A DNA stretch of 64,000 nt from Psammoneis japonica. Its lineage: Eukaryota. The stretch is taken from positions 248,001 to 312,000 of the forward strand of contig QPGO01000093.1 of NCBI GenBank assembly GCA_008632985.1, in the 5' to 3' direction. Within the stretch, counting starts at the first letter, position 1, and every line of letters begins with the position of its first letter. The notes below the pieces were generated by a model, which made no database searches, was not told the origin of the DNA, and saw only the letters and a program-made list of their open reading frames with translations. Positions 1 through 12,480 of the stretch are shown here, in pieces. A program made the translations under genes and the position numbers.

Positions 1-48
1 AAGAAACTCACAAACTCATTTTCTCCTTGCGTCTCTCAACAGATTGTT

Positions 49-732
49 GTGCACAATGTTGGTGAAGAAGCTCGTAGGCAGGCGATGCTTTCAAAATTTT
101 GGGAATTGCATTTTTGGATCAAGCTCGCATTCACACGGATCGGTGTCATGGAGGAATTGAAGGCTCGTTTGGTGGAGAGGGAAACAGTCAAGTCGACACG
201 AAAGCAAGCAATGGTGCTTTTCATGGACACTGTCAAGAAACGGCTGAAATTCGATCGTAAGACTGACAAAAAGGCAGCGCGCAATTACACAGGCAGTGGC
301 CACAAGGAAGGAAATTAGCCCCACCTTGCACTCTGGAAAGTTGAGTCCGGAAATGAAAGCCCATGTTGACACCATCACAAAGGCGATGGGCAAGTCACAG
401 AATTGTCCAGTCTTTCAGGGTGCAGTTCACCGGGGTGCCAACATTCGTGGTGCACATTTCAATTTGTTGCGTCCTGGAGCCACCTTCATGGACCCGGCTT
501 TTGTGAGTGCCTCTCTGAAAGAGACTGTTGCTTGTGGTTTTCGTGGAAGCAAGAATGCACTCTTCAAGATTGAAAGTCCATCGGGTGTAAACGTGACAAA
601 GAATCCAAAAACAAAGCTGAGTCAGAAATTCTTTTTCGACCTGGCACTGTGTTCATGATCACGGCGGTTGAGGAACATGACGATCCCGAGTGCGGAAAGT
701 GGAAGTTTGTTTCAATGCGGGAGATTCATTGA
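49..732 (+). pseudogene. R-S-E class (VIP2/C3/ART-like) ADP-ribosyltransferase pseudogene, TpA-mutated, two frameshifts
   Basis: Joining frames gives YTGSG(H)KE..., GAV(H)RG, F.DPAFVS(A)S, LFKIESPSGVNV, then AESEILFRPGTVF...MREIH* (stop 730-732). These match the YRG, STS and ExE ART motifs with Y->H and T->A changes at TpA sites. Confidence 0.8.
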
Positions 733-1098
733 TTTTGGTGGAAATTGTCAGAGACGGATGCAGGTTTGGATTTAGAAGACAATGGCAACTGCAGAAAACT
801 TCCCGCTCTCTCCATCTGGAGGTGAGGTCTTGGGGGCCCATGTGGCACAGACAGGAGTGCTTGTTCCTGTCGCAGTGTGTGTTGTTGGCTGAGAAAGTGT
901 GCTGGTGACATTCTCAGTTGTCGTTCATTGTTTTCGCTCGCATTCTCTTTGTTGTGTTTGATTGCTTAATTTGCGCCCACCCTTCCATCGGATCCATCTT
1001 GCGGCTTGCACTGCAAACCCCAGCAGTGTTCCGGGGGTGGCAAACACAGATTGGTGGGACTCTTCCACGTCATGAGCAGTGGACTCATTCACACTAAA

Positions 1099-1494
1099 GA
1101 CGTGTTCCAGCTCTAGGTGGGACCTCGTACTACTGAACTGTGACACAATTATTTTTTATCATCCGTCGTATGTTTCGCGCGTACATTTCTACGTGTTCTA
1201 TTATAAAAAATTGTTCCACACTGCCTGTTTTGCGAAGCCAAAGGCTTTCTGTTATCTGCACTTATGTCAATAAAAATGCGCTGGGTATATTCTTTAATGT
1301 CTAAAGAATATACCCGGGCATACTGTAAAGAATGTACTTCAAGTGTGGAGGAGGAGATACGTTCGCAAAATTGCCTCTTTTTCTGTTGGCGATCATTCAT
1401 ATATGCATTGCTTAATAATTTTACTACGGAGCTCGCACGTAGAATTCTACGGGCCCAATGTCACAAAAAGTCCCACCTAGGACTGGAACCCGTC
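1099..1494. mobile_element. Non-autonomous DNA transposon (MITE) with 25-bp TIRs and 4-bp TSD TAAA
   Basis: GACGTGTTCCAGCTCTAGGTGGGAC (1099-1123) matches the reverse complement of 1470-1494 at 22/25. TAAA lies at 1095-1098 and 1495-1498. The interior is AT-rich and non-coding. Confidence 0.85.
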
Positions 1495-2189
1495 TAAAGC
1501 ATGGACTTAGTTGTGTGAGCCTTCCCCCCTTGTAGTTGATTTGGCTCATGTCTGACCTGGACATGTGGAGCAACTCCGGCAACCACCAATGGGAATTGCT
1601 CGGCTCAAGTCCTGTGGGCATGGTGGAAAAGGAGTCAGCAACTGCCAGCAGCAGCGAACGCGGCTCAAGCCTGTCCTTGCATGACTCCTCAAGACGTGAA
1701 TGACATTGTCCATGTTGTGACACAGGTTTGCATCCAAAAAGAAAAGAGTCGTCCTGTGAACAGCTCCATGATTGAGTGCACATTCAGTCGAATTGCTTCT
1801 GCCTTTCTCGCAACTTCAGATTTGGTGTGCTCACTTGGGCTGCGCGAGAACAAGACTGGCAGTGGAGGAGTCGCTGAAAGAACTGCTGCTCCCACATTCC
1901 AACGTTGATCTGCCGAGTTCACGTGGGATTGTGCACCGCATCACTGTGTTCATTTCTTTTTTTGCCATTGTGTCACTTTGAAAAGTGCAAAGCAGCCTTC
2001 CAAAACTGCTCCACACACAGTGGCACCATGCATGGCCCATTGTCCCAAAACTGACCCGAGTTGCAGAGGGGTGAGATTCCAATGCCGGGCCCACCACTGT
2101 TTGTGCCATGAACATTGCAAATGAGACATGAATTGACGAAGAAGCAAGAGACACCGAATGTCACTCAATTTCACTGCAAATGATTGGGG

Positions 2190-3000
2190 TTGCCTTGTTC
2201 CACCACCAAGCGTGTCATCCATGCCGTCCTCTGCATGCTTGAGAATGGTCTTCATAAGTTGGCTCACGACTTGAGTCTGTGATTTATTGAAGCGCAGTGT
2301 CAGAAATGACAACAGCGAGTGCAACTGAAAACACACCCACAACAACAAGAACAATGCCAACACAAGCAACCACAAGGAACTCACTTGATTGACAACATTG
2401 GTTCGATCCATTTCGGCCAACGGCTTCTCTGACAGCTTGGACAAGTTCTCTGTGAATCGTTCCAACATTTCTTGATGATGCTCAAAGCGCTCCCTTTGCA
2501 TGCTCTTGGTGTCATCCATCAAGTGGTGAGCAAAGGTGTGCCTGTGCTTCAAAACACACCCACACTCCACCAATTGGCCATCTTGAGAAATTCCACATTG
2601 GTCTCCCCTTGGCATCCGAAGTGGATTTCTTGCAACAGCACCATGCGTTGTTCCGTTTGCCGCAACTGCTTCTTGCCAAAGGCTTGTGCTTCGGCACGCG
2701 CGCGATGACGCTTGCAGCAACATGGACACCAACCCAGCTCTCATTTAGCCAGGACCGAATCCGATGGATCATCAGCATTGCCTTGGCATCAGGTCCTTCC
2801 AATCACCAGCACACACTCAACATGTGATTCGTGTCGGCAGTTGTTTGAATCAAATGCTTCACCACCACGGATGAAAGCTCATTTGAATTTTGAGCATTGG
2901 CGCCATTCCACAGCAGAACAGCAACTACAAGGACATGAAGCGGCAAAAGCATTGAGCATGTTGTTTGCCATGACAAGTGGATGTTTCACCATGGCAATCT
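2190..3000 (-). pseudogene. Ariadne-type RBR E3 ubiquitin ligase, C-terminal part, TpA-mutated pseudogene with retained intron
   Basis: QLVECGCVLK(H)R(H)TFA(HH)LMDD...RFE(H)HQEMLERFTENLSKLSEKP...NVVNQ|TQVV..LMKTILK(H)AEDG resembles the Ariadne domain (ECRRVLKYTYVFAYYL...QxxLE). A GT..AG intron lies at 2384-2277. Ends are approximate. Confidence 0.8.
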
Positions 3001-3251
3001 CTCAGAAAAAATGAGGGGTGATGTCGCGATACGATCATGTTGAAGTTGAAGATTGATTCGCGCTCCACCGCGCAAAACGACAACTTGTGGAAAGGACTGC
3101 AAGACGCTCATGACTCAAGTCAGTCACGAACGCTCGTCGTCGCTCATTTTTTCTGCCGCCGACAAAAAAATCTTTCGTGCGATAATTGTTGCAACACCAA
3201 TGTCAAGACAAGTTGCCATAAAAAACAACAAAACAAACTACCAGAATTACC

Positions 3252-3683
3252 ATGTTGCCGACGATTCGTTACCTGGATGATCATCTAAAAGATTCGTTAT
3301 TGTCTGGCAATCACAAGGGACAGCATATTGTACCCGTTCATTCATGTCTTGCTCACGTGCAAGTATCGATTCAGGCCTTGTTTTCTGCTGCCGATGATGC
3401 ATCTTCTCAACTTGCTGCCTTGGACGAAGACGCAAATGCAACTAGGATTGCACTTTCGGATTATGTGGCACGTTGTATTTTCAATCTTCAAGCACAGCAG
3501 CGGCAGCAGCAACAAGAATCATCATCTATTTTCGCCTCGGTTCAACTGTTGGATTGTTGGATCAGTGCATCGCCAAGAGCCGACGAAACAATGGCAACAG
3601 CAAGACAACAAGGACCAAGGTTGTACCGTATCCTCCGTATATTCGATGCGGAGGTTGAAACTCTGCTACTTGGGCTTGACTAG
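3252..3683 (+). CDS. Hypothetical protein (143 aa)
   Basis: ATG-initiated ORF with normal dinucleotide content; no recognised motif. Confidence 0.4.
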   Translation: MLPTIRYLDDHLKDSLLSGNHKGQHIVPVHSCLAHVQVSIQALFSAADDASSQLAALDEDANATRIALSDYVARCIFNLQAQQRQQQQESSSIFASVQLLDCWISASPRADETMATARQQGPRLYRILRIFDAEVETLLLGLD

Positions 3684-3689
3684 CTTCAT

Positions 3690-4863
3690 GAGATCACCCG
3701 GACGGATCTCGTTTGGCTTACGACAAGCCTCTTTAAGATCAGTCTACCAGTGCTTTCGCTGACATTCTTTGGAACAGTACGATGCGAGAAGGCAACGTCC
3801 GCAAGCCGCAAGCATCCAGGCGTTCCATGTCGACCTCTTCCTTCCAAATTTCCGCAAAAGTCAAATTCGTCAGCACCCAGAGCCATTTTTGTGAGAATGT
3901 TTACGAGGACATGTTCTCGCGTCCAAAAAGGCTGATTATTTTTTGGTGCGTTAGCTTCTGTTGCGGCAATACCTGACCCTGCTTTTGCCCGTCCTCTTGA
4001 AGATAGAAGTACATGTCGTCCAAATCATCAAATATTGCGACACTGTTGCGGTCATGGGCCTTCTTGTATTCTTTTTCAAGTATCCTCGTAATGCCCTAAC
4101 AATAGTTCCGATGCACTAGCCAGCGCCTTGTCATGATGCATCTTCGGGGCCTCTTGATCACCTTGATTCCACTTGCTCTGGACCATGCCGCAAGCAGCGC
4201 GGCAACGAAACAACATGAACTCTTATATGTTGCCAACAAACTTGTTCTTAAGAGAGTCCAGGTGCTCATATGCTAGAAAGCCTTGCTCGCCCAGTGCACA
4301 GACAGTCGTCAAAGGTCATGTACCGCAGCTCATCTATTTTCACTGGGTTGTCAATGGCCATGGCAATATGGTTGAGACTGGGTCGGAGGAACTCATCCTG
4401 CAGGACAACCGTATGACTGTCATTTTCGCTCACCGTCATCTTTGTCACCTCTGCCGTGGGATCCAGATCGTCATACAACTGTTGAACGATTCATTCTTCT
4501 GTTTTTCTGTGTCGATAGGCTTTTATAACCTTAACTTTCTCCACAAAGATCGCCGTATTGTAAAGCTTGATGGCCTTTGCTTCCAGCCTCAACACCATCC
4601 TGGATGTCACCCTTCTTTGCTAGATGATAGACTATGTAGTTCCAAGGCTGCCGTGCAGCGAAACAAAGTGGGTTATGGAGGATCCGTAAGTCGTTTTCAG
4701 TTACATTCGCGTCATCCGATTTCAGATAAGATCCATAAAAAGTGAGCAAACTGTAACGTTCGTTGGTCCAAACGGTCGTTGCCAGATCGAAGCATTCATT
4801 CGTCAAGTCTACCGACCTGTTGCAGGTATTATACTCATTTCGATTTCCACTAGACTTTCTCAA
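3690..4863 (-). pseudogene. Fragmented coding-like sequence of unknown family
   Basis: Several consecutive protein-like minus-strand ORF pieces separated by stops and frameshifts; TpA not depleted. Confidence 0.35.
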
Positions 4864-5184
4864 GTTTTGTCACTCAGTTTTGATCGGCGGGCGGATCAGC
4901 AAACAACAATAGAAATCGGTGAATTGATGGCTTTTCTCTACAAGTGTCTATCCCTACCGATATCTACACACAGTATGAAGCTTTCCAAACATGAAAGTCG
5001 ACGTCAATAGCTTTGTGTGAATAAGCAGAGTGCAAAGGCTACTTCTTCTCTGAACTTCCTCTGAACACCTTCAAAACTGTAGAAGTTTTGCTATAATTTC
5101 CTCACTTTATTCTCTATGTATCCGAAAATCGCTTGCTGCTTATTATTATGTCTGGTCACAACACCTTATCTCTTACCGTAAACC

Positions 5185-5873
5185 CTATGGAGAAAGATCG
5201 GCAAGAGGATCCTTTGGATCCAAAAATGCCTCGGGAACATCACAGGGTTCCTCGTCTTCGGACAAGACACACTCATCGCAAAACTTTAGCACTTGCTCGG
5301 GAGTAAGCTCAAACCTAAATAAGAAACAAAAGCATTTGTGTCAGCCAAATCGACGAAGACTATCAACTGTACGCAATCAAATCTCTCGTTTACTACCGTA
5401 CTTACATGTCTTCAAAGACCTCACAATTTCCCGTGGCCACGCATCGATCCGCACAATAGGCCTGCGGATCGTTGCGTGCCATTTTTTTGTCTCGTGCCTT
5501 TTCGCGTGGACTGATCAATGCTTCTTGCTGCAAGTAGGAGTCATCAACTTCTAAATTGTCTGGCAAATCCGACACGTGGACGGCAACCGCCTTTCGAAAA
5601 TCATCTGCAGCCTTCTTTTCGTACTCATCCTTGTGATCCTGACGGTACTTTTCCTGGTCAATCCTGAAACAACAATGTAGTGATTGAAACGTGAGTGAAC
5701 AATGCCAAAGCGACAAAACATACCGCAGCCAATCGCAAACAGTCTTACATGTCGGCAATCCGATCTTCCAAATTCAAAGTTGTCGCAGGACGAAAGCTTC
5801 TTGGTCCCGTGACAACAAAGGCCGACGTCGACGACACAAACAGGCATCCAACGATTGCAGAAGTCTTGAACAT
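5185..5873 (-). CDS. Small Cys-rich, probably plastid-targeted protein (3 exons: 5873-5749, 5663-5406, 5314-5185)
   Basis: Signal peptide with an ASAF-like site (MFKTSAIVGCLFVSSTSA-FVV). Two GT-AG introns splice in frame. The C-terminus reads CADRCVATGNC...FCDECVLSEDEEPCD...*. Confidence 0.75.
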
Positions 5874-6280
5874 GGTGAGCACAGAGTAGTTCGTTCTGTC
5901 GTTGATGGCAACAAAGTGATTGGCGAACAACGAAAGATGGGAATGCAAGAAGCAGACCGATCCGAACGAACAGAGAAAACGGCCATCACACGATTGCATC
6001 ACGACCTTCGTCGACTATCGTAAAAAGAGAACCACTGTGACGTGTGTGCTTCAACTCGTGACGCGAGGTTGTAGGTCACACACAAACACAAACAAAATGG
6101 CTTCATTTCAATCGCACATGAAACATCCTAAAACTGCCAGACAGACAAGAAAATGGCGCGCTTCCAATAATAACCTACGTACTCGAATACTCATCAAATT
6201 TAATATAAATCATCTCCGAGTTGAATATCTAAATAAGACCCGACCGCGACAATCACACAACACAACTCAACATCCTCACC

Positions 6281-7613
6281 ATGGCGACAGCGGCGGACCC
6301 GTATACAGAGCAACAGTTGGAAGAGGTGTGGTCTTGGGTACACAATCAAGATCGATGCGTCACTACTCAAACCGTTTCCCTAGAAATGGGACTCCCAAGG
6401 ACCGTGGCGGGGGAATTACTTAAGGCTCTTCCAAAGCACAATCCCAAAAGCAATGAAACACGCTCGTATGAAGTCACGTGCTGTTGTTTGATAGAGGAAG
6501 CTCCCAACAAGAGTGGTAAGAAGTACCTTTCAATCATGTTATATGTGTAGTTTCTGTGCTGGTGCTATTGTAACTCATATTTGCTCACTTCTTATGAACT
6601 GTTTCAGTCGTCAAATTAATCAAGAGCACGGTATCTTCTGACGATGAGAACATGTCTTTGCCGGACGGCACGATTTATTCCATTGCACTCGCCAAGACGG
6701 AATCGTTCGAAACGGCTCATGAGCGTGACATGGTAACGCTGCGGGAAAACATGGAAAACTGGATCCATCCTTGCACTGCTTTGACGTACAGCCCGTTCAA
6801 GCCGTAGAACGCAATGCTGCGCAGAAACGGCGTGTAGCCGACGTGACCAAAACCACCTCGTCTTCTACCAAAATGCGCAAAACCACCACTGCCAAGGACT
6901 TTTTCATTAATATCGAGAGCAAAAACAAGAAAAAGGAAAGCAAGAGTGTTTCTGCTTCTGATAAGAAACCTGCAGCCAAGAAGGACTCGAAGAAACCTGA
7001 AACTAGCAAGAAGGATACAGCCTCCAAAAAGAAGAATCCTTTTGAAGCCGCCAAAAAGGCGAGCAAAAAGACAGATGAGAATGGAAAGAAGAAGAAAAAG
7101 TCTGCATCATCCACAATCATTTTATCCGACAGCGACGACGACGACGAGAGTGTCGTCGAGCCCTCGCCCCGAAAGAAATCGAAAAAGACAGACGAAGAAA
7201 AGGAAAACGTGGGCAACGCGGATGACTTTGTCGGTGACGAGGAAGAGGATGACGACTTTTTGGCGCAAGAGGAAGAACGCAAAAAGCGTCAGGCCAAACA
7301 AGAATTGCAGGACCAACAAGCCAAGCGCGAACGCGAGCAGAAACTGCAGAAACGAGCCGAGCGACCCAAGCATGACAAGAAACCACAAGAACCAACGGAA
7401 CGCAAACGCAAGCGTCGTAAAAAGCTTGTGGACAAGACCACCATGGATGCCAGTGGCTATCTGCACACGGAAAAGGTGACGGTTTGGGAAGACATTCCCA
7501 CAGATGAAGAAGACGAGGTGGAAGTCAAGACCAAGTCGCTCAAACCTTCCAAACCAATCAAGAAGAATATGAAACAGGCGGGGCTCATGGGGTTCTTTAC
7601 CAAAAAGAAATAG
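6281..7613 (+). CDS. POLD3: DNA polymerase delta subunit 3 (Cdc27/p66)
   Basis: Charged low-complexity middle, D-x-x-G-Y-L-x-T motif (MDASGYLHTEKV) and C-terminal PIP box QAGLMGFF. Intron ~6516-6607; apparent 1-bp homopolymer loss near 6755. Confidence 0.85.
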
Positions 7614-7640
7614 AAACTAGCTAGTACCTCTAACTTGTTT

Positions 7641-10179
7641 TTATTGATCTGTTGGTAGGCTTTTGAACTTTGCTGACAAGTCTTGTTCTATTCTTGTGCC
7701 CGCCGTTGTTTCTGCTTTGCTAATGTAGAAACTCTTGTTGAGCGCGTTGGGGTCAAGGAGAGCGGTAGCACACACTTGGGCCACGTCAGCTCGAGACACT
7801 GGAGTTACAGCGTCGTTGGACTGCAGCAAAGAGTAGGGGAATATTTAGCATATCCTTTGCCGACGGAATGAACCAGCTAGAGAGACAAGCACAGACTTAC
7901 CGATTGCAACTCGATTGTGTTTGCATCTGCCGTTGGTAGCTCATTGTAGCCTCCAACCCGTATTATCGTGTAACTGCGAAAGAAAACATTGAACGTTAGT
8001 GGTGTGGGTTGGAATGACAGTCTCCTACAGAACGTCAGCGCTGTGCGTACCTTAAGCCGCTACTCTTGAGGATCTCTTCTCCTCGATACTTATAATATGT
8101 CTCTTCCTTGCTACGATCTTGTCGGTCTTGTGCGACTCGCTTCAACTCGGCCTCGTCCAGAATTCTATACGCCCCGTCATCACTGGAGGATGATTCAGTA
8201 TCCGTGACGAGACGCTTTGCCTTGTGGCGTATCATTCGACTTTCAACAACGGGTGGGATCCTGGCGTCACTTAAATAGATAAACTCGGGTTCTGGCTGGG
8301 ATCGATAAACCTTGATGTAACTCAAAGCCAAGTAGAATCGTTTGAACGCTTTGCCACCCTCGTCAGAAGTGTTCTTGTCTGGGTTGCTCGCGCTTCGATA
8401 ACGGAATCCAATCTGCCGAACGTCCTGACCTCGAAAGGGTGGGACTACTTGATCTGTACCTCCTTTGGTTTGAACCGGCTTGAAGTTGGCAAAGTCTAGC
8501 CGAACCGTCATGAACTTGTTCTTTGACTTGTTTCCCCGACTGAAGGGTTTCATCATGGTACTAAAGTCGCATACATACTCCACTCCATCGGTTTCATAAG
8601 CTCCCGTTCGAACAAAGGCTTCATAAGTGCCTCCATCTGCACACACACGACAGACAAACCCACCAAATCCATTGCTCAAATCAATACCGGCATCTGGGTC
8701 ATCCCTACTAGAACGAAGCCTGCTGCTCACAATGGCAGCCTCACCACCACCACCGGCATCTCCGGCTGGCACCTTGCCTACAAAGACGCCATGACCAAAT
8801 TCGTTCCTAACCCACTTGCAATGCGTTTTTGTTGATGCTCCAGCTTGTCGAGTTGCAGCAGCCGCAGCTTCATCTTCGTATTCGGCATATGGATCATCCA
8901 TGTCGTTGTATTTGTCATTCATCGCAGCGTAATAGTCATCATCGTCTTGGTCGTAATCCCCATAGTCCTCGTCGTCGTAGTCACCATACTCGCTACTTGG
9001 AGAAGACGATGCTTGAACCGTTTCACCTGCTGGCTCTGGCAGAGCTTGATCTTCGTCGTCAAAGTCCTCGCCATCGATTGCAAACAAATTAAAATCCTCT
9101 GCTCTGGATCCAAACTTGAAGAGAGAACGCTTTGCCGCTTGGGATGTGCCATAGTCGGCAAATCGGACATTCTGATAGGCTCTCACAAGATTCTTCATAC
9201 CGTTGTAATCCACCTGCTCCGCCAGTTTGGCACGTAGTTCAAGCACAGACTCGAGTTCCAACCAGTCGCTGTCACTCATGCTCACCTCACTCTTTCCAGG
9301 TTTGACCTTTTCGGCTCCATTCTTTCCATTGCCGTTTTCCAAGTTCTCGTCGACAAACTCTTGGAAACGATCCTGAAAGTTGGCTTCATCCAATCTCGGT
9401 GCTCCCGCACAAAATACAATCTTATCCACATCGGTAATGGCGTATTCCAAACTCTCCACCTTGCTCAAGTCTCCCTGACAATATGTCACGCCCGTGCCAA
9501 GCATATTGAGGGTTTTGGAGTACAAGTCACGCACTAGTACACGGACACGAAATCTGCCATCAATCAAGAGCCGTCGTACCACCAGCCTTCCCACTTCGCC
9601 CGTCGCCCCCACAACAAGAACTTCCGGTACGTAATCATCACCCGACAAGCGGTCAAACAGAGGATTGCGTTCTGAAAAGAGAGCTCCTCCCGGGCCACCC
9701 TGATCGGCAAATCGATCATCGAGATAATAAATGGATCGCCGCTCTGGAGAAACGCCTTGTGAACTTAGAGTGGAAATTGCGCTTCCAATCGTCTTGCGCA
9801 CCTTTCGTCCAGCCTTAAAGGGATCCAGCATGTTCAACAAACCCTCCTTCTTTTCTTCGTCCTTTGGCTCCTTGTCTTTTCCTAAAAGCTTGGCTGTGGC
9901 TTTTCCAATGGCTTCTTTTTTCTCATCCTTGTTTAGTTTTTTCTTCTTTCTCGGCTTTTTGTTTTTACTCTTCTTTTCGGGATTTTTATTTTCTTCTCCA
10001 TCGTTTGAGTTGTCGGTAGCAAAAAAACAGGAACGCTGTCGAGAGAGTATTTTGAAGCTGTTCCATACCGTCGCTCTCGAGCCTCTTCTGCCACCTGACG
10101 GAGCTACAGTCAGAAAAGCCGACGCAAAGCGGTGCTCCGTCAGAGCTGAAATCAGAAGAATTAGGTTCACTGTTCTCAT
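7641..10179 (-). CDS. Plastid-targeted NAD(P)-binding Rossmann protein with CIA30 insertion (HCF173-like)
   Basis: ASAFL presequence, VLVVGATGEVGR, a CIA30-like segment (GGFVCRVCADGGTY), and C-terminal LKSSGL/YTIIR and VSRADVAQVC in later exons. Confidence 0.8.
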
Positions 10180-11001
10180 CGTTTTTCTTTGGGAAACAGA
10201 TTATAGTTACACGCTACACTATCGGCCCTTCTCTTCGAACGACGAGACAACGAAAATAGACACGACAGGTTGTTGTCGTCGAATGCCAAGTGTCAAAGTC
10301 GCCAAGGTCGAGTGATGCATCGATCGAGTGCGAGTCGCGAGTTGTTAGCGCTGTCACGAGTTTGAAGCAAGCGGCATGATGTGGATCGCCTCTGTAGAAA
10401 TTGTACTGATGCCAACGCAACAAAAACCCGGATGTTGTATGTGTCTCAAATTTGAATTTCGCGAGTCTCAAATCTGCAAGATCTTGCGATGACACCCCTC
10501 GCCTTCGACTCGCTCCTCCATTTGACTTGAAGTTGCTTGGTTGACTAATTTTCACGGCCTTGCGGTGTTCTCAGCTGCATGGATTGCAACGAAAAAAAAT
10601 CTGGGGACAAACGACGGACGACACTGTGTGTTGATCAAGCGCAAACGCGACAGCACCCTTTCTCCATGCTACAACGAGCCCAGAAAAGGCAAAGGGTCTT
10701 TGCATTTATTGCAAGATGTAGTGATGTTGACTCTTGACCGCTTTACGATCCGTCTCAAATCACAAGGGGTGCAAAGACGTGGGCACAGTGTGAGTTCTCG
10801 GGAACCGAAATTGATGGGATTGTGAAAAGATTCTGCTTCAGAAAAATTCAGGCTTTTCCACAGATGATGGCGGACAGTGTCCCATGCAACCGACATGTCA
10901 AAGGAACATTCGCCGCTCAGGGTCATGGATTGGTCGAGCACAGGGACGGCTCTCGAAGGTTTGTGTTGGCGTTGTGTGAAAAGGTTGCCTGGTGCGACAC
11001 A

Positions 11002-12480
11002 TCACACCTCTTGCATCATCTCCTGCTGCCACCAATGTTGAATTGCATTCTTGCACTCTTTGCAAGAGTCCAAGACTTCAACCGAGGGAAATTCGTTCCG
11101 AGCCTCGTAGATCTGGTCCCATTCTTTAGCCACCTTCTTTTTGTCAAAATGACACACACCCAGTGCAGTTGGCCCACCTTCTTTGCCACAGAAGGCCATC
11201 AATGCACACTTTTTCAGTTTGACATCGTCAGTGCACATGGTGGCACAGTTCTGCAATGTGTTTGCAACTTGAAAAATTTCATAGAGAGATCGAAGAACTT
11301 TCATGTTGACAGAGTCAGGGAGAGCATCCAAGTGACAAAAAGGTTCACTGTTTTGTTCTCGAAAGTCGCATTGCATCTGTTTGAGCAGTTGGCTGGGTTC
11401 AAGGGTCACGGCATTAGCTGGCCACTGACGAGCATTCCCAACACCCCATTGCCTCCTGACAAACATCGCAAGTTCATCAAGAGATCCCAGGCAAAGGTTC
11501 CAATCATCCAAATGCTTGACAAAGTGAAGCCGTGGTTCACCATCGTGGTTCAGGACAGCGCTGATTCTCCTGCAGGCAGAAAGGTGGTTTGGGTCTAAAT
11601 CTTGCCACGCGTTGTGACTCTCAGTGATGGCGTCTCCCAGGTTTGAATGACCCATGGGCAAGAGTGACCCTTCATCGAGCAGATTGAGGAAGTGACCTTC
11701 CAACCAGAGATGAGGCAGGGTGACATGCCAACAGGGCCTGGGAGCCAGTGACCAGTTGCAGGCCCACAAATCGGAAATGATGTCTTGGTCAACTCTCTCG
11801 AGCATCAAGCACTTCTCAATCATCCTTGCAATGTCCCAGCAGACATTGTGCATCAGGAGGCAGCTCTTGAAGCTCCGATGGTGTGCCAAAAGCATTCATT
11901 GCAGCCCAAAGGACCTCTTCCTTGTGCACTCGCCGGTGCCTGTCAACAATGCAATTGCGCGCCGCTTCCAAATCAAAACTGCCCATTCCCTTTGTAAAAA
12001 CATCTGATCCGCGTGGTGGCCTCCACGCACCATTAAACTGGTGTCCACCACCGACTGGCTCCCACTTCGTAGATCCGTCCAGCAAGTGGCAAGAGTGTTC
12101 CAGGTTAGACTGCTTGTGCAGAAGACACGCGTGCTGCTTCAAGACGTGACGAGGGACCCCAAACAGGGCCTCAAAAGTCTGGCAAACAGCATGAGAATCA
12201 CGAAAAGCATTGGCTTTCTGGGCCTTCTCTGGATCGCCAAAGAGATTGCAGGCGCGATCGTGCCATGAAACAATTTGCTTGTTCATCCAACGGCATTGGC
12301 CCGGCTCATGGCTTGCACTGGGAGCGTCTGCATTGTTCGGCAGCTGAAAGATCACAGCGCCAGACACCAGCTGGGAAGTTGATGTCAGAATGAACGCTTC
12401 TTTTGGCACTGGGGCTGCAGTCGGGCTCACAGCGAGGTGTCCTGCAAGAGTGAGGACAGTGCTCTTCATCGTTTTTGATT
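11002..12480 (-). pseudogene. TpA-mutated gene with C-terminal PcfJ-like domain
   Basis: EIFQVANTLQNCATM(C)TDDV...(C)ALMAF...PTALG...QIYEARNEFP resembles the PcfJ pattern EL..EG..M.HCV..Y...V...T.E...Q..G..N..P. Recognised by eye only. Confidence 0.45.

Noticed and set aside
6797..7466. Long antisense ORFs over POLD3 and other genes
   Set aside because: Shadow frames of low-complexity coding sequence.
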